Below are positions 18,957 to 28,772 of a DNA stretch of 64,000 bases, one piece after another (positions within the stretch are counted from its first letter, which is position 1; the number at the start of each line of letters is the position of its first letter). The stretch spans positions 1,042-65,041 of the forward strand of contig JBBUCK010000041.1 in the NCBI GenBank assembly GCA_038057845.1. The letters run 5' to 3'. A program made the translations under genes and the position numbers. The notes beneath the pieces were generated by a model that saw only the letters and a program-made list of their open reading frames with translations, was not told the DNA's origin and searched no databases. The stretch comes from Patescibacteria group bacterium (GTDB taxonomy: Bacteria; Patescibacteriota; Minisyncoccia; Phycocordibacterales; JAGLPS01).

Positions 18957-21242
18957 TTATCTGAAATATACCTCCTCCACAAAAGTTTTTTTTGTTTCCG
19001 GAATATATAGAGTAAGATTTGAGATTTTTTCAGAAAGGGAATAAGTATAAAGTTGTAAAAGATTTGTTTCAATATGGTATAAACGCTTACCATCTTTTAC
19101 TATATAAGGAGTGTAATCGTCTACTCTTATTTTCCCCAATTTTTCCTCTATACCAAAATCATTCTTAAAAGATAAAGAAAGTACCAAGTTGCCTTTCGTG
19201 TCATCAGTGTAGAGAGAAAATCCGAGTGTGTTCTTTTTTTCTGGATCAAACTCTTTCTTTTGTATGACAATTTCTTTATTTTCATTCAGAGTGATTGATT
19301 GTGTGGATGTGTCCTGTACAACAACAGTCTCATAGCGCATTAAACTCAATGAGTTGTAGTAGGACCTTATAACAAGAGATTTCTTTAAGGCCTCTTTAAA
19401 TTCCTTGCTTGTTGAGGCACGGAGACTTGATACTGTAGTAACAATATGGGTTTTAGAATCTTGAGCCATCTCACTATTTTGTATAAGCTGTATCGGCATT
19501 TTCTTATTGAAAAAAACTAGGTAATTAGCAAGTGAAAATCCTGGCATTGGTTCAAATATGTTTTCACCAGAGAGATTTGGTATCAACAGAGGAGCCCCTT
19601 GTTTACTTAGTATAGATAGTTCCGACAATAAATTTTTATCCAAATTTATGATAGCTTCTTTTCTTAATTTCGCCTCTTCTGTAAGGCGGACAGCGTGGAA
19701 ACTAAAAGCTTGTTGAGCAGAAAAAATCACAATAACAATTGGTATTATAATTTTGACAGCGTAATCTTTTTTTGTTTTTAGCAATAAAGAAGCAAAGAGA
19801 GTTAAACATATAGAATAAAAATAAAATGGCATCCCAGTATATCTATAGTCAAAATCAGGAATTGCTTCATGGTTTGGTCTTGCTAAGATGACCATGGAGA
19901 TAGTGATAAACATACCTACCATCAAAAAAATAATAAATTTCCTTTCCCTATTCTCTGCGTACCTAAAAGCAAGCCAGAATAGTATCGCATTCACAGCTAA
20001 GATTATTATTTCTACAATCGGCCAAAGAGATTTCGCACTATCTCTTACTACAGGATGGGTTAAAATTTTCACTATATTCGGAGCAAATAGAGGTATGGAT
20101 ATCCCAGATGTGAAAAAAGACAAGAAGTTAGCTGTTAGGGGAGCTAATTTCCAATCCGCGTCTCTGTTCTCTAGTGAAGGAAACCCTTCTGTACCGTATC
20201 CTGATGAGGAGAGAAAAGTGTTTGGCTGTATGACAGTGAATGTGTAGATAAAGAAAATTGCAAAGGCAATAGTAATTCCACTGGTAAGCAATAACGGGGT
20301 TTTATTTTCTTTTAGAAAATTTCCCACATCCGTTTTCTTTATTTTAAATGTTTCATTTTTCATCCAGTAGGTACATATCATTAAGAAAAATATTGCAGGA
20401 AGAACCCATATTCCAGGCAAATCAATTGTAACTGCACAAATAATTGAAGCAGTAAAAAAGGCCATATATTTTTTTTCTTTTGTTTGTGCCCATGCTACAT
20501 ATGCCCATAATGCTATGGAGAAAAATAATATTATTTGCGTGTATGTAGACATAATATTAAAACCAGTAAGTATGTCAGCCCAGCCAGTTGCCCCGCTAAA
20601 GATTATTAAAAAGACAGTAAAGCTCAACATGCCAAGTCTCAATCTTTTAAAAGTAAGGAATGTAAAGAAGGGGATAAGCGCGAAAAGAATAAAAACAAAT
20701 CCGTTGTATACATTTTGATTTAGGCCGAACACGGAATCAATCGCTCTCATTTCTGCCATAAAAAGCGGCATCGTGTGGTCGTTGCCGTGTGGAATAAGTA
20801 ATGATTCTCGGAATGAAGTGGTGTGATTAATTCCTATTATTTCAAAATCATCCATATTGAAATAACCATTCATTATGTTTGGAGCGTGACTTGCAAAAGT
20901 AAATGCTATGCAGATTGCCAGAATGAGAATATTTTTCTTAGTGTTGCTCAGTGAGGTGTAAAAATGTCTCAGATATGATTGGACCTTGCTAAAATATTTA
21001 CCCAAAAGTAAAGAAGATAAAAAAGACATAAGAAGTATAACCATTGCTACAATGAGGCCGTTTTTTATACCGGTAAAATAAATTTGGGCGACAGGACCAA
21101 AGGTATTGAGCCGAGTTGTATCAAATTGTGTAACAATCGTTAGGGCGCATATAGATAACATAACGGCGCTGCTCAAAATGAAGAGATGTATATTACGCAA
21201 AATGAACCCAGTTAGGTTGTTTTTATTGTCCATAGAATTCAA
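18957..21242 (-). CDS. large polytopic membrane protein, YfhO-like/GT-C-like candidate glycosyltransferase
   Basis: 761 aa, >12 TM helices N-terminal, soluble C-terminal domain. Confidence 0.4.
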   Translation of the reverse strand: MNSMDNKNNLTGFILRNIHLFILSSAVMLSICALTIVTQFDTTRLNTFGPVAQIYFTGIKNGLIVAMVILLMSFLSSLLLGKYFSKVQSYLRHFYTSLSNTKKNILILAICIAFTFASHAPNIMNGYFNMDDFEIIGINHTTSFRESLLIPHGNDHTMPLFMAEMRAIDSVFGLNQNVYNGFVFILFALIPFFTFLTFKRLRLGMLSFTVFLIIFSGATGWADILTGFNIMSTYTQIILFFSIALWAYVAWAQTKEKKYMAFFTASIICAVTIDLPGIWVLPAIFFLMICTYWMKNETFKIKKTDVGNFLKENKTPLLLTSGITIAFAIFFIYTFTVIQPNTFLSSSGYGTEGFPSLENRDADWKLAPLTANFLSFFTSGISIPLFAPNIVKILTHPVVRDSAKSLWPIVEIIILAVNAILFWLAFRYAENRERKFIIFLMVGMFITISMVILARPNHEAIPDFDYRYTGMPFYFYSICLTLFASLLLKTKKDYAVKIIIPIVIVIFSAQQAFSFHAVRLTEEAKLRKEAIINLDKNLLSELSILSKQGAPLLIPNLSGENIFEPMPGFSLANYLVFFNKKMPIQLIQNSEMAQDSKTHIVTTVSSLRASTSKEFKEALKKSLVIRSYYNSLSLMRYETVVVQDTSTQSITLNENKEIVIQKKEFDPEKKNTLGFSLYTDDTKGNLVLSLSFKNDFGIEEKLGKIRVDDYTPYIVKDGKRLYHIETNLLQLYTYSLSEKISNLTLYIPETKKTFVEEVYFR

Positions 21243-21442
21243 TTTTAATTAGTTTTTCTTAGTCGAAATGCACAGAATGGCTCTTCCATTATAAAGTAAA
21301 AGAACTGAATATCCCACTTTGAGAGTCGATAACGATCTCGGTTTGTGGGAAGTGTTTTTCGACGCTCAAGGGGGTTCATTTTCGTTTGTTTTTTGTTGTA
21401 AATATGGTATCTTAACAAAATTGCTAGTATCTTTTAATTAAT

Positions 21443-22372
21443 ATGAAAATCTTGATTACAGGAGGCGGAGGATTTCAGGGAAGTCATTTAGCGGAATTTT
21501 TCCTACAAAATGGCCACAGTGTTTCGGTGCTAAATACGTATTCTGAAATTTCCCGCGCTAATCTGTCCAATGTTTTAGATAAAGTTAATCTTATTTGGGG
21601 AAGTGTAACTGACAAAGAAATTGTTGATAAAAGTGTGCGTGGCCATGATGTCGTTTTTCACATGGCCGCTCGCATTAATGTCGACGAGTCGCTTCAAGAC
21701 CCACTAGCCTTTTTTCAGGTGAATATTTTAGGCACTTATAATGTTCTTGAAGCAATTAGAAAATACAAAAATCGACTTATTCTGATTTCCACCTGCGAGG
21801 TATATGGGGATGGCCACACAATCAAAGAAGGGGAGAGGTTGAACGAAGGAGCAGAACTAAAACCAAATAGTCCTTATGCTGCATCTAAAGCTGCAGCTGA
21901 CAGAATTAGTTATTCTTATTTTAAATCGTTTGATTTGGACATAACCATTATCAGACCGTTTAATCTTTATGGTGAAAGGCAAAAAAGTGGTTTGTTCGGA
22001 GCACTCATTCCTATCATGGTTGGGAAAGCAATGCGTGGTGAAGACCTCACTGTTTTCGGCGATGGCAGTGCTAAGAGAGACTATTGCTATATAAGCGACA
22101 TAATAGAGGCATATAATCTAGTTTTCAATAGTAACCAACTTAAAGGTAAAACAATCAACTTTGCCAGTGGTCAAGATACAGCAGTTAAGGATATTGTAGA
22201 ACACATCGCCAAGAAATTTAACGTAAAAATAGTTCATGGTGAAGCCCGTAGGGGTGAGGTTATGCGTTTTCCAGCGGACATTTCTTTGGCCAAAAGTCTT
22301 GGGTTTTCACCTAAGGTTTCAATTTGGGAGGGAATTGATCGCTATATTGAGTGGGCTAAACAAAACAAGTAA
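21443..22372 (+). CDS. NAD-dependent epimerase/dehydratase (UDP-sugar 4-epimerase/4,6-dehydratase-like)
   Basis: MKILITGGGGFQGSHL, YAASKAAAD (Y-x3-K). Confidence 0.8.
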   Translation: MKILITGGGGFQGSHLAEFFLQNGHSVSVLNTYSEISRANLSNVLDKVNLIWGSVTDKEIVDKSVRGHDVVFHMAARINVDESLQDPLAFFQVNILGTYNVLEAIRKYKNRLILISTCEVYGDGHTIKEGERLNEGAELKPNSPYAASKAAADRISYSYFKSFDLDITIIRPFNLYGERQKSGLFGALIPIMVGKAMRGEDLTVFGDGSAKRDYCYISDIIEAYNLVFNSNQLKGKTINFASGQDTAVKDIVEHIAKKFNVKIVHGEARRGEVMRFPADISLAKSLGFSPKVSIWEGIDRYIEWAKQNK

Positions 22373-22408
22373 ACTAACGGGGGGCTATGATATGTGGTTA
22401 AATTTTTG

Positions 22409-23359
22409 TTAGTAATGTACGACGCTTGAGTACTTGTTTTCAAAGAAGGCCACTTTGTCTTCGTAGTAGTCCCAGTCAATAGCCTCATTCTTGAATATTA
22501 TGTGAGGAACATCTCCATACCATGACGCGAATGCTCCAAAGCTCGAATCAGAGCCTAGGATACAGTCGGTCTTTGAGAGGATAAAAAGGTCTGTGACTGA
22601 ATTTTCCTTTGAGATATATATATTTAAATCTTTGAAAGCGCTTTCATTAATTGGTCCATCAGAGGTAATAAGAAAAGAGGTCTTGTCCGCAGTCATCTTT
22701 TTCTCAATCATGTATTCATGTACGATATCACGTATCCTTTTTTGGTCTATGAAGTATTTTCCCCCTTTAAATGTCTTATAATCTGCTTGGCGGATGTGAA
22801 TACCAATAACCTTTTCATTTTTTTGACGGAGTGAAGATATAATAGCATTTACTTTAATCTCTATTTCTTCAATTGGCGTGAAGACTTTGATGAGTTCATT
22901 CCTGAATTTTTTTAAGCCGATGGGGTTTCTCCAAAGCCAACCGAGAAAATATATCGTATCGCACAGATTTGAGGGCTCGAGAAGGTTTTGTGTCGGTGGG
23001 AGGTAAAACACTTCATTCTTCTTGTTTTCAGAAGAAAGGACACAGTGCGTATGGGTTTTTGCGATAAGTTTCGATATGAGTGAGTATTTGAGGCGAGCAA
23101 GTCTGTTTACAATATGGGCTCGTCTTCGGATTGTCCGAAAGAAGAACGAAAACCATTTCGTGAGTAAATCCTCTTGTGGAAGAAATCTGAAAAAAGAATG
23201 ATACTCGAAAAAAGAGGGGTTTTTTATTTCAACACCAATTAGAAGACTATAGGCATAGACGCTCATATAATTCCAAAGCTGATTAGCCAACTCTCCTCCG
23301 CCATGTTTGAGAATAACGATTTTTTTCATATGTTTTTTGGGCGAGCTTCTACAAAACAT
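22409..23359 (-). CDS. GT11-like alpha-1,2-fucosyltransferase (probable start 23329)
   Basis: HGGGELANQLWNYMSVYAYS (motif I-like) and C-terminal SDSSFGAFASWYG. Confidence 0.5.
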   Translation of the reverse strand: MFCRSSPKKHMKKIVILKHGGGELANQLWNYMSVYAYSLLIGVEIKNPSFFEYHSFFRFLPQEDLLTKWFSFFFRTIRRRAHIVNRLARLKYSLISKLIAKTHTHCVLSSENKKNEVFYLPPTQNLLEPSNLCDTIYFLGWLWRNPIGLKKFRNELIKVFTPIEEIEIKVNAIISSLRQKNEKVIGIHIRQADYKTFKGGKYFIDQKRIRDIVHEYMIEKKMTADKTSFLITSDGPINESAFKDLNIYISKENSVTDLFILSKTDCILGSDSSFGAFASWYGDVPHIIFKNEAIDWDYYEDKVAFFENKYSSVVHY

Positions 23360-24153
23360 CGCCCGTCCTTCTCCTCTTTGAGAATCTCTAACTCATAGGA
23401 GAGCGAAGAAAAGAACAAGACAATATTGAACATATTGAGCATTGAATGGACTTCAAGAAGTATAAGTGGCCGATGTTTTCTTATTGTTTCTTCTGCGCCT
23501 TTAAGGACGAGTGATTCTGCACCCTCAACATCTATTTTGATAAGATCGGGAATTTCTAGTATTCCCAACTCTTTCTTAAAGAGATCAAGGGGCACTGTTT
23601 TTACTTTTATATCAGTAAATTTTCTTTGTCTGAAAGTTTCTCTGTCCCATATAGTATCAGCAGTATTAATAAAACTTCCAGAGCTTCTTCCACTCTCTAT
23701 GTCCTCACTCATACTGAATTCCTCAGTGCCCAAAACATCTGACACGGCAACATCAAAGATAGAAATAGTGTCTCTCATGTTATCATTCTTATCTCGTATG
23801 AACCTGAATCGCTCAATATTTTTTGGATTAGGTTCAAAGGCATATACTTTTCCTTTAGGTCCCACAAGTCGAGCAAAATAAAGAGAATGAAATCCTATAT
23901 GCGCTCCAATATCAAAAATAACTTTTCCTTGCAGCGTCTCAGCATTTAGGCGCTCAAAAAGAAACGTATCGTAGCTATTATTAAGAATCATTTTCTGCCA
24001 CGGACCCATAGGGTCAAAAAATATCTGTATGCCATCAACTGGTGTGTAGGTGAGAGTGTTCCATATTGGGGAGAATATTCTAGGTTTAACCAGAAGCTTC
24101 TTTAAGAACTCGTATAGGATCGGCGGGGTGATTTTTTTAATTAATTGCTTCAT
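23326..24153 (-). CDS. FkbM-family methyltransferase
   Basis: IFDIGAHIGFHSLYFA...VYAFEPNPKN. Confidence 0.7.
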   Translation of the reverse strand: MKQLIKKITPPILYEFLKKLLVKPRIFSPIWNTLTYTPVDGIQIFFDPMGPWQKMILNNSYDTFLFERLNAETLQGKVIFDIGAHIGFHSLYFARLVGPKGKVYAFEPNPKNIERFRFIRDKNDNMRDTISIFDVAVSDVLGTEEFSMSEDIESGRSSGSFINTADTIWDRETFRQRKFTDIKVKTVPLDLFKKELGILEIPDLIKIDVEGAESLVLKGAEETIRKHRPLILLEVHSMLNMFNIVLFFSSLSYELEILKEEKDGRCFVEARPKNI

Positions 24154-24905
24154 ATACTTTTTCTTTCGGCCAGATAATTGGTAGTGAATAAAAGTTCAGT
24201 AATTTTTTCAGAGTTTTTAATCTCATAGAGTCCGTCTTTTAGTACACGATAGATTTTATAGTCAGAAAGAAAATTAAATATATCCCTGAAATATGTTCGC
24301 GAATCTCTACTTGAAACACTAAATTCGAACTGAATGTATTTAATGTTTAGTAACATCTGCTCTGCGCCCCTAAGGCAAGCAAGTTCATTACCCTCAACAT
24401 CAAGTTTTAGCAAAGTAATATTTTTGATGCCATTCAATGTGCAAAAGCTGTCTATTGTTTGAATTTTCACCTTTTCACTTTCATTAAATCCATCATGAGG
24501 CTTAAAGAGAGAGCTTAATCCACTCCCATTATGAGGGTAGTAAAGAGTTGTTTCACCCTCAGTGTCTCCCAAAGCACTTTTTACTATAGTTACCTTCTCA
24601 CCAAGTTCTTTTTCAAGAATTTTATAATCTCTTAAACATGGCTCAAAAGCATATATCTTTGCCTTACCTTTTGTGAAATAAAATATTTCTTTAATGTAGT
24701 CTCCTCCTTGTGCACCGACGTCAAAAATAATAGGGGTCAGTTCTTTAGACAAAGCATATTTGGCGGTAAATAATTCCCCATTTTTATGGGGGCTACTTCC
24801 GCCTGTCCCAATGTTCATACCTTCTATTGAGATATCAAATAGTCTTCTAAAGAATGCCTGAAGCATTTTTTTCCCAAAGAATATTTTTTTAATTAAGTTG
24901 TTCAC
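24150..24905 (-). CDS. FkbM-family methyltransferase
   Basis: IFDVGAQGGDY...IYAFEP. Confidence 0.7.
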   Translation of the reverse strand: MNNLIKKIFFGKKMLQAFFRRLFDISIEGMNIGTGGSSPHKNGELFTAKYALSKELTPIIFDVGAQGGDYIKEIFYFTKGKAKIYAFEPCLRDYKILEKELGEKVTIVKSALGDTEGETTLYYPHNGSGLSSLFKPHDGFNESEKVKIQTIDSFCTLNGIKNITLLKLDVEGNELACLRGAEQMLLNIKYIQFEFSVSSRDSRTYFRDIFNFLSDYKIYRVLKDGLYEIKNSEKITELLFTTNYLAERKSI

Positions 24906-24940
24906 GTTTTTGAAATTGTGACAGACTACTCAAAAAGAAC

Positions 24941-25846
24941 TCAAACAAGATAAGAAGAAGCCTGCTTTTTAAAGGGATTATTTTGTGTATCAAAGTCAAT
25001 ATACCATTCTCGTTTGTAGAAAGGGAAGAGAACAAAGAATAAAATTCGTGTAATGACACCCTTCGGGTTTAGCTTTAAGAAACGTCTCGATAAGAAGAAA
25101 AAAAGAACCCTCTTTTCGAGAATAAAATTATGGGGAGCTATTTTTTCCTGCTCGAGTTGATACGCACCAAATCTGGTGCTTAATTGTCCTTCGTGTTTAC
25201 GGAACACGCTTACACGCTTATTAAACGACCAGAGTGACGCATATTGGGCAAACGTAATCCAAAGCGCATAGTCGCCTGCAAAATGAAGGGAAGCGATATC
25301 TGGACAAGCTTTTTTCCACAAAGACCCCCTCCAGAAAACACTCTCTTGCTGAACAAAATATGCACTTCGTCCGTAGATACCTTTTTCAAGCCATGGGCGT
25401 CGGTAGAGTGAACATACTCCTTCCGATATAATATTTCCTTTTTCATCACACGTAGTATTGATACCTTTTGCCCATTCTACATCAGGGTAAGAAGTAAAAA
25501 TTGCATTGACAGTTGAAAAAGCTTTTGGGAGGTATGCATCATTTGCATTGATATAGGCGTAAATGTTCCCAGTAGCATGTGCAAATCCTTTTTCTATAGC
25601 ATCATACATACCCAAATCTTTTTCTGAAAACCACCGGAAGGTTATTTTCTTACAGCGAATAGGATATTGTCCTGCATTTATAATTTTTTCGTACGATTTT
25701 ACTATCTCAAGGGTTTTGTCGGTAGATAGGCCATCTTCAATAATATAATCAACCTCAAAATCTCCCTCTTGGGATAGTACACTCTCTATAGTTTCTTTTA
25801 TATACTCCTCTCCGTTGTATACAGGGGTGACAATACTCAATTTCAT
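24941..25846 (-). CDS. GT2 glycosyltransferase
   Basis: KLSIVTPVYNGEEYIKETIESVLSQ. Confidence 0.7.
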   Translation of the reverse strand: MKLSIVTPVYNGEEYIKETIESVLSQEGDFEVDYIIEDGLSTDKTLEIVKSYEKIINAGQYPIRCKKITFRWFSEKDLGMYDAIEKGFAHATGNIYAYINANDAYLPKAFSTVNAIFTSYPDVEWAKGINTTCDEKGNIISEGVCSLYRRPWLEKGIYGRSAYFVQQESVFWRGSLWKKACPDIASLHFAGDYALWITFAQYASLWSFNKRVSVFRKHEGQLSTRFGAYQLEQEKIAPHNFILEKRVLFFFLSRRFLKLNPKGVITRILFFVLFPFYKREWYIDFDTQNNPFKKQASSYLV

Positions 25847-25866
25847 ATTAGGTTCTTTTAGAAGAT

Positions 25867-26646
25867 TTAACGGCGAAACTTTAGGGAATCTCCGCTTTTA
25901 GGAGTAGTCCATTCTCCCGATGAAGCAACAAATTTTATTGGTGCAGTAGAACATATAAATACAGAGTGGAAAGGTGAAATGTACCGTTCTTTCACTTCAA
26001 ATCCGGCACAGTTAAGCATTGATTCAAGGGAACTAGGAGTTAAGCCCCAAAACCAATTCCCATAACCACTTTCCGGCTCATACGCCCCCGTGATGGCCTT
26101 TTGACTACCTATTCCTCTATTCCAAATTTTTCTTTGTTCTTTATTAAGAAATGGGTAAAAAATAGCTCCATTTGAAACACCGTGCATTTCGGGAATAGAT
26201 GCAGTATTAAGTATCAGCGTTTCTTTACAGATAGATCGAAGGCGTGTGAGAAGATGAACAGGGTCAGGTGTATGATACAAAACCCCAGAACACAGCACAA
26301 TATCACAGATACCTATTTTCTCTGTTGTCTCTAAGAGATTAATGTCACCTTGTACGAATGTTACTTTAGAATTTCTTTTTTCTTTATCCTCTAGAAATTC
26401 TTTGCTCTCAGGGTATACATCAACAGCCATAACTCTTGTTGCCCCTACTTCCTCTGCGATAAAAGAATTAAGTCCATTTACTCCCCATAAGCAACCAATG
26501 TCAGCAAATGATTTTTCAGGCGCGTACGTTCTTACAAGCGAAACATTATCGGGGAGATCTCTATGTGGAATTAACGCATTGATTTTGCGCAGCACTCTTT
26601 TGATAAGTGGGTTGTTGAGAGCGAGTACTTTCCATGTATAAAACAT
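25867..26646 (-). CDS. class I SAM-dependent methyltransferase
   Basis: FADIGCLWGVNG motif I. Confidence 0.6.
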   Translation of the reverse strand: MFYTWKVLALNNPLIKRVLRKINALIPHRDLPDNVSLVRTYAPEKSFADIGCLWGVNGLNSFIAEEVGATRVMAVDVYPESKEFLEDKEKRNSKVTFVQGDINLLETTEKIGICDIVLCSGVLYHTPDPVHLLTRLRSICKETLILNTASIPEMHGVSNGAIFYPFLNKEQRKIWNRGIGSQKAITGAYEPESGYGNWFWGLTPSSLESMLNCAGFEVKERYISPFHSVFICSTAPIKFVASSGEWTTPKSGDSLKFRR

Positions 26647-26739
26647 TTTGTAGAATTTCTAATTACTTTTTACTAAAATTTTTATCTGTTTCAACATTGT
26701 ACAACTTCCCTAAAAATTGTAAAACTTCAGTATTGTTGC

Positions 26740-27624
26740 TCAGGAAGGATGTTTTACTTCGCTTTTCGCGTGTGCTTCTACATACTCATCGATGCTATTG
26801 GTGTATCTCGGATTTTGTACTTTTACCTGCCACATATAGAGCGGAATAAAGAATACAAAACTATTTTTGAATGTTTCCGCAACTTGAAAATTGAAATCTT
26901 TGTCAGCACCTCGGCCCATAAATGATGGCCATACACGCTCCGAAAGTTTTCTAAATTTTACTTTTTCAATCACTTCTCGTTTGAAGAGGGGAGAGTTACC
27001 CGCACCTGGGTAATTTTCAAGTGACCCAAAAAAAAGTTTATTGATTATTTTCTTTCTTTTTATATAAAATGGCACTACTCCATTAAATGTTTTAGAAATT
27101 TTTGCAATAAATCCCTTTGACCTTTGAGACATTTGATACAATTCTTCAGGTAGTAGTGTTTTAATGTTTTCGAGATACGAGGATACTTCAAGATTTTTGC
27201 CAATATATTTTTCATCAAATTGAATCCAGTCAAGCGTGACGTGGTGTGCTCGGTACTTTTTTAGAAGTTCATATTGCACCTCAATTCGATTAAGAAAAGA
27301 AGCGTCATCTGCATCTTGAAAGGTAATTAATTCTCCCTGTGCTTCTCTAAAGCCTGCATTTCTTGCAGAAAACCCTGCATTAACGTTTCGGTTAAGTTTT
27401 GTGTCAAAACGATAGGGGTCATCTTCTCCTTCCACTAATTTTATTCTATTATCCTTGCTGGCAATGGCTTTGACAATATTTTTTGTATTATCAGTACTTG
27501 TATCATCAATGACAATAATTTCAAGATTTTTGTATGTCTGATTGGCGATTGAGTTAATTGCAATAGCAACAGTTTTTTCACAGTTGTAGACGGGGATAAT
27601 GACACTAATAAGAGGCTCACTCAT
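26740..27624 (-). CDS. GT2 glycosyltransferase
   Basis: LISVIIPVYNCEKTVAIAINSIANQTYKNLEIIVIDDTSTDNT. Confidence 0.8.
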   Translation of the reverse strand: MSEPLISVIIPVYNCEKTVAIAINSIANQTYKNLEIIVIDDTSTDNTKNIVKAIASKDNRIKLVEGEDDPYRFDTKLNRNVNAGFSARNAGFREAQGELITFQDADDASFLNRIEVQYELLKKYRAHHVTLDWIQFDEKYIGKNLEVSSYLENIKTLLPEELYQMSQRSKGFIAKISKTFNGVVPFYIKRKKIINKLFFGSLENYPGAGNSPLFKREVIEKVKFRKLSERVWPSFMGRGADKDFNFQVAETFKNSFVFFIPLYMWQVKVQNPRYTNSIDEYVEAHAKSEVKHPS

Positions 27625-28772
27625 AATTTTAATATTTCTTCAATAAAATGCTTATAGGCCGTGCTGAATGATTCTCTTGTGTAGTGCTCTCGTGCGTACT
27701 TCCAGATTTTTTTTGAAAACTCCCGCACTTTTTCTTCTGGCATATTGGAAAATTCTTGTACCTTTTGCATGATAGATTCGGGAGTTGGATTTTCAAGTGG
27801 AATGTAGCCGGCAGTTTCTTGTATACCAGTCTCATGAGTGATGATAGGGATAAGTCCCGCATGCATTGCTTGAACTACTGCGCCGGATGATCCTTCACCG
27901 AAAGATGGGTACACAACGGCGGCACAAGTGTTAAGTATTGAAGCAAACTGTTCGCCCCCTACGTCTATTCTTCCGTATACGTGAATATTCGCTGTCTCCT
28001 CGAGTTCTTTTTTATATTCCTCAACAAAATCCTTTTCAGCATATATTGGTCCACATACATGAAGATGAAGATCAGGCGTTAGACTGAAAGCCTCAAGAGC
28101 AATGTCCAATCCCTTAAGTACTGCCCCACCCCCTCCTACCCATAAAAAATGTTTTCGTGCTTTTTCAAAATCCTTATCTTTGGGAAAATCAAATTGAACA
28201 ACAACTGAAATTGGGATAAAAAATATTGGTTTATTAAATTGTTTGAATGTATTAAATATAGTTTTATTACCAAATCCTTCTAGATAATCTGTAAGTTCAG
28301 CGTTTCGCGACGGGAGCATTTTTCGTCTAGGCAATAAACGGACACCACGTCTTTGTTCAAGCGCATCTAGCCTTGATTCCTCCGCATCGTTATACGCTTT
28401 CCAATGAGAAATAAGTATTGGAAACACCGTCTTACATTCTTTTGGTAAATGCGGCAAGAATCTCTCTAGGTTATTATCTGAATCAAAACATACAACGTAA
28501 GGTTTTTTTGGTATGAACGTGTGATTGCTCGCATTTATAATATCTACTGAATATCCCTTTTCGCTAAAAAGTCGTGCAATTTCATAACATTCCCATGTAT
28601 TAGTATGGAAATTTGAAAAAGATTCCCAAGGGGCTAATGTAAATGGTTCGGTGATGTAAGAGATGAGAATATCACCCTTTTTCCTCCCTTCTGCCTTCAT
28701 GTGAACAATCCCCCAAAGTTTGTTGGTAATTTTATTTTTATACGCCGAATAGATGTCTCTTAGTTTATTCAT
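27621..28772 (-). CDS. glycosyltransferase (GT4/GT1-like)
   Basis: FGEGSSGAVVQAMHAGLIPIITHETG. Confidence 0.6.
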   Translation of the reverse strand: MNKLRDIYSAYKNKITNKLWGIVHMKAEGRKKGDILISYITEPFTLAPWESFSNFHTNTWECYEIARLFSEKGYSVDIINASNHTFIPKKPYVVCFDSDNNLERFLPHLPKECKTVFPILISHWKAYNDAEESRLDALEQRRGVRLLPRRKMLPSRNAELTDYLEGFGNKTIFNTFKQFNKPIFFIPISVVVQFDFPKDKDFEKARKHFLWVGGGGAVLKGLDIALEAFSLTPDLHLHVCGPIYAEKDFVEEYKKELEETANIHVYGRIDVGGEQFASILNTCAAVVYPSFGEGSSGAVVQAMHAGLIPIITHETGIQETAGYIPLENPTPESIMQKVQEFSNMPEEKVREFSKKIWKYAREHYTRESFSTAYKHFIEEILKL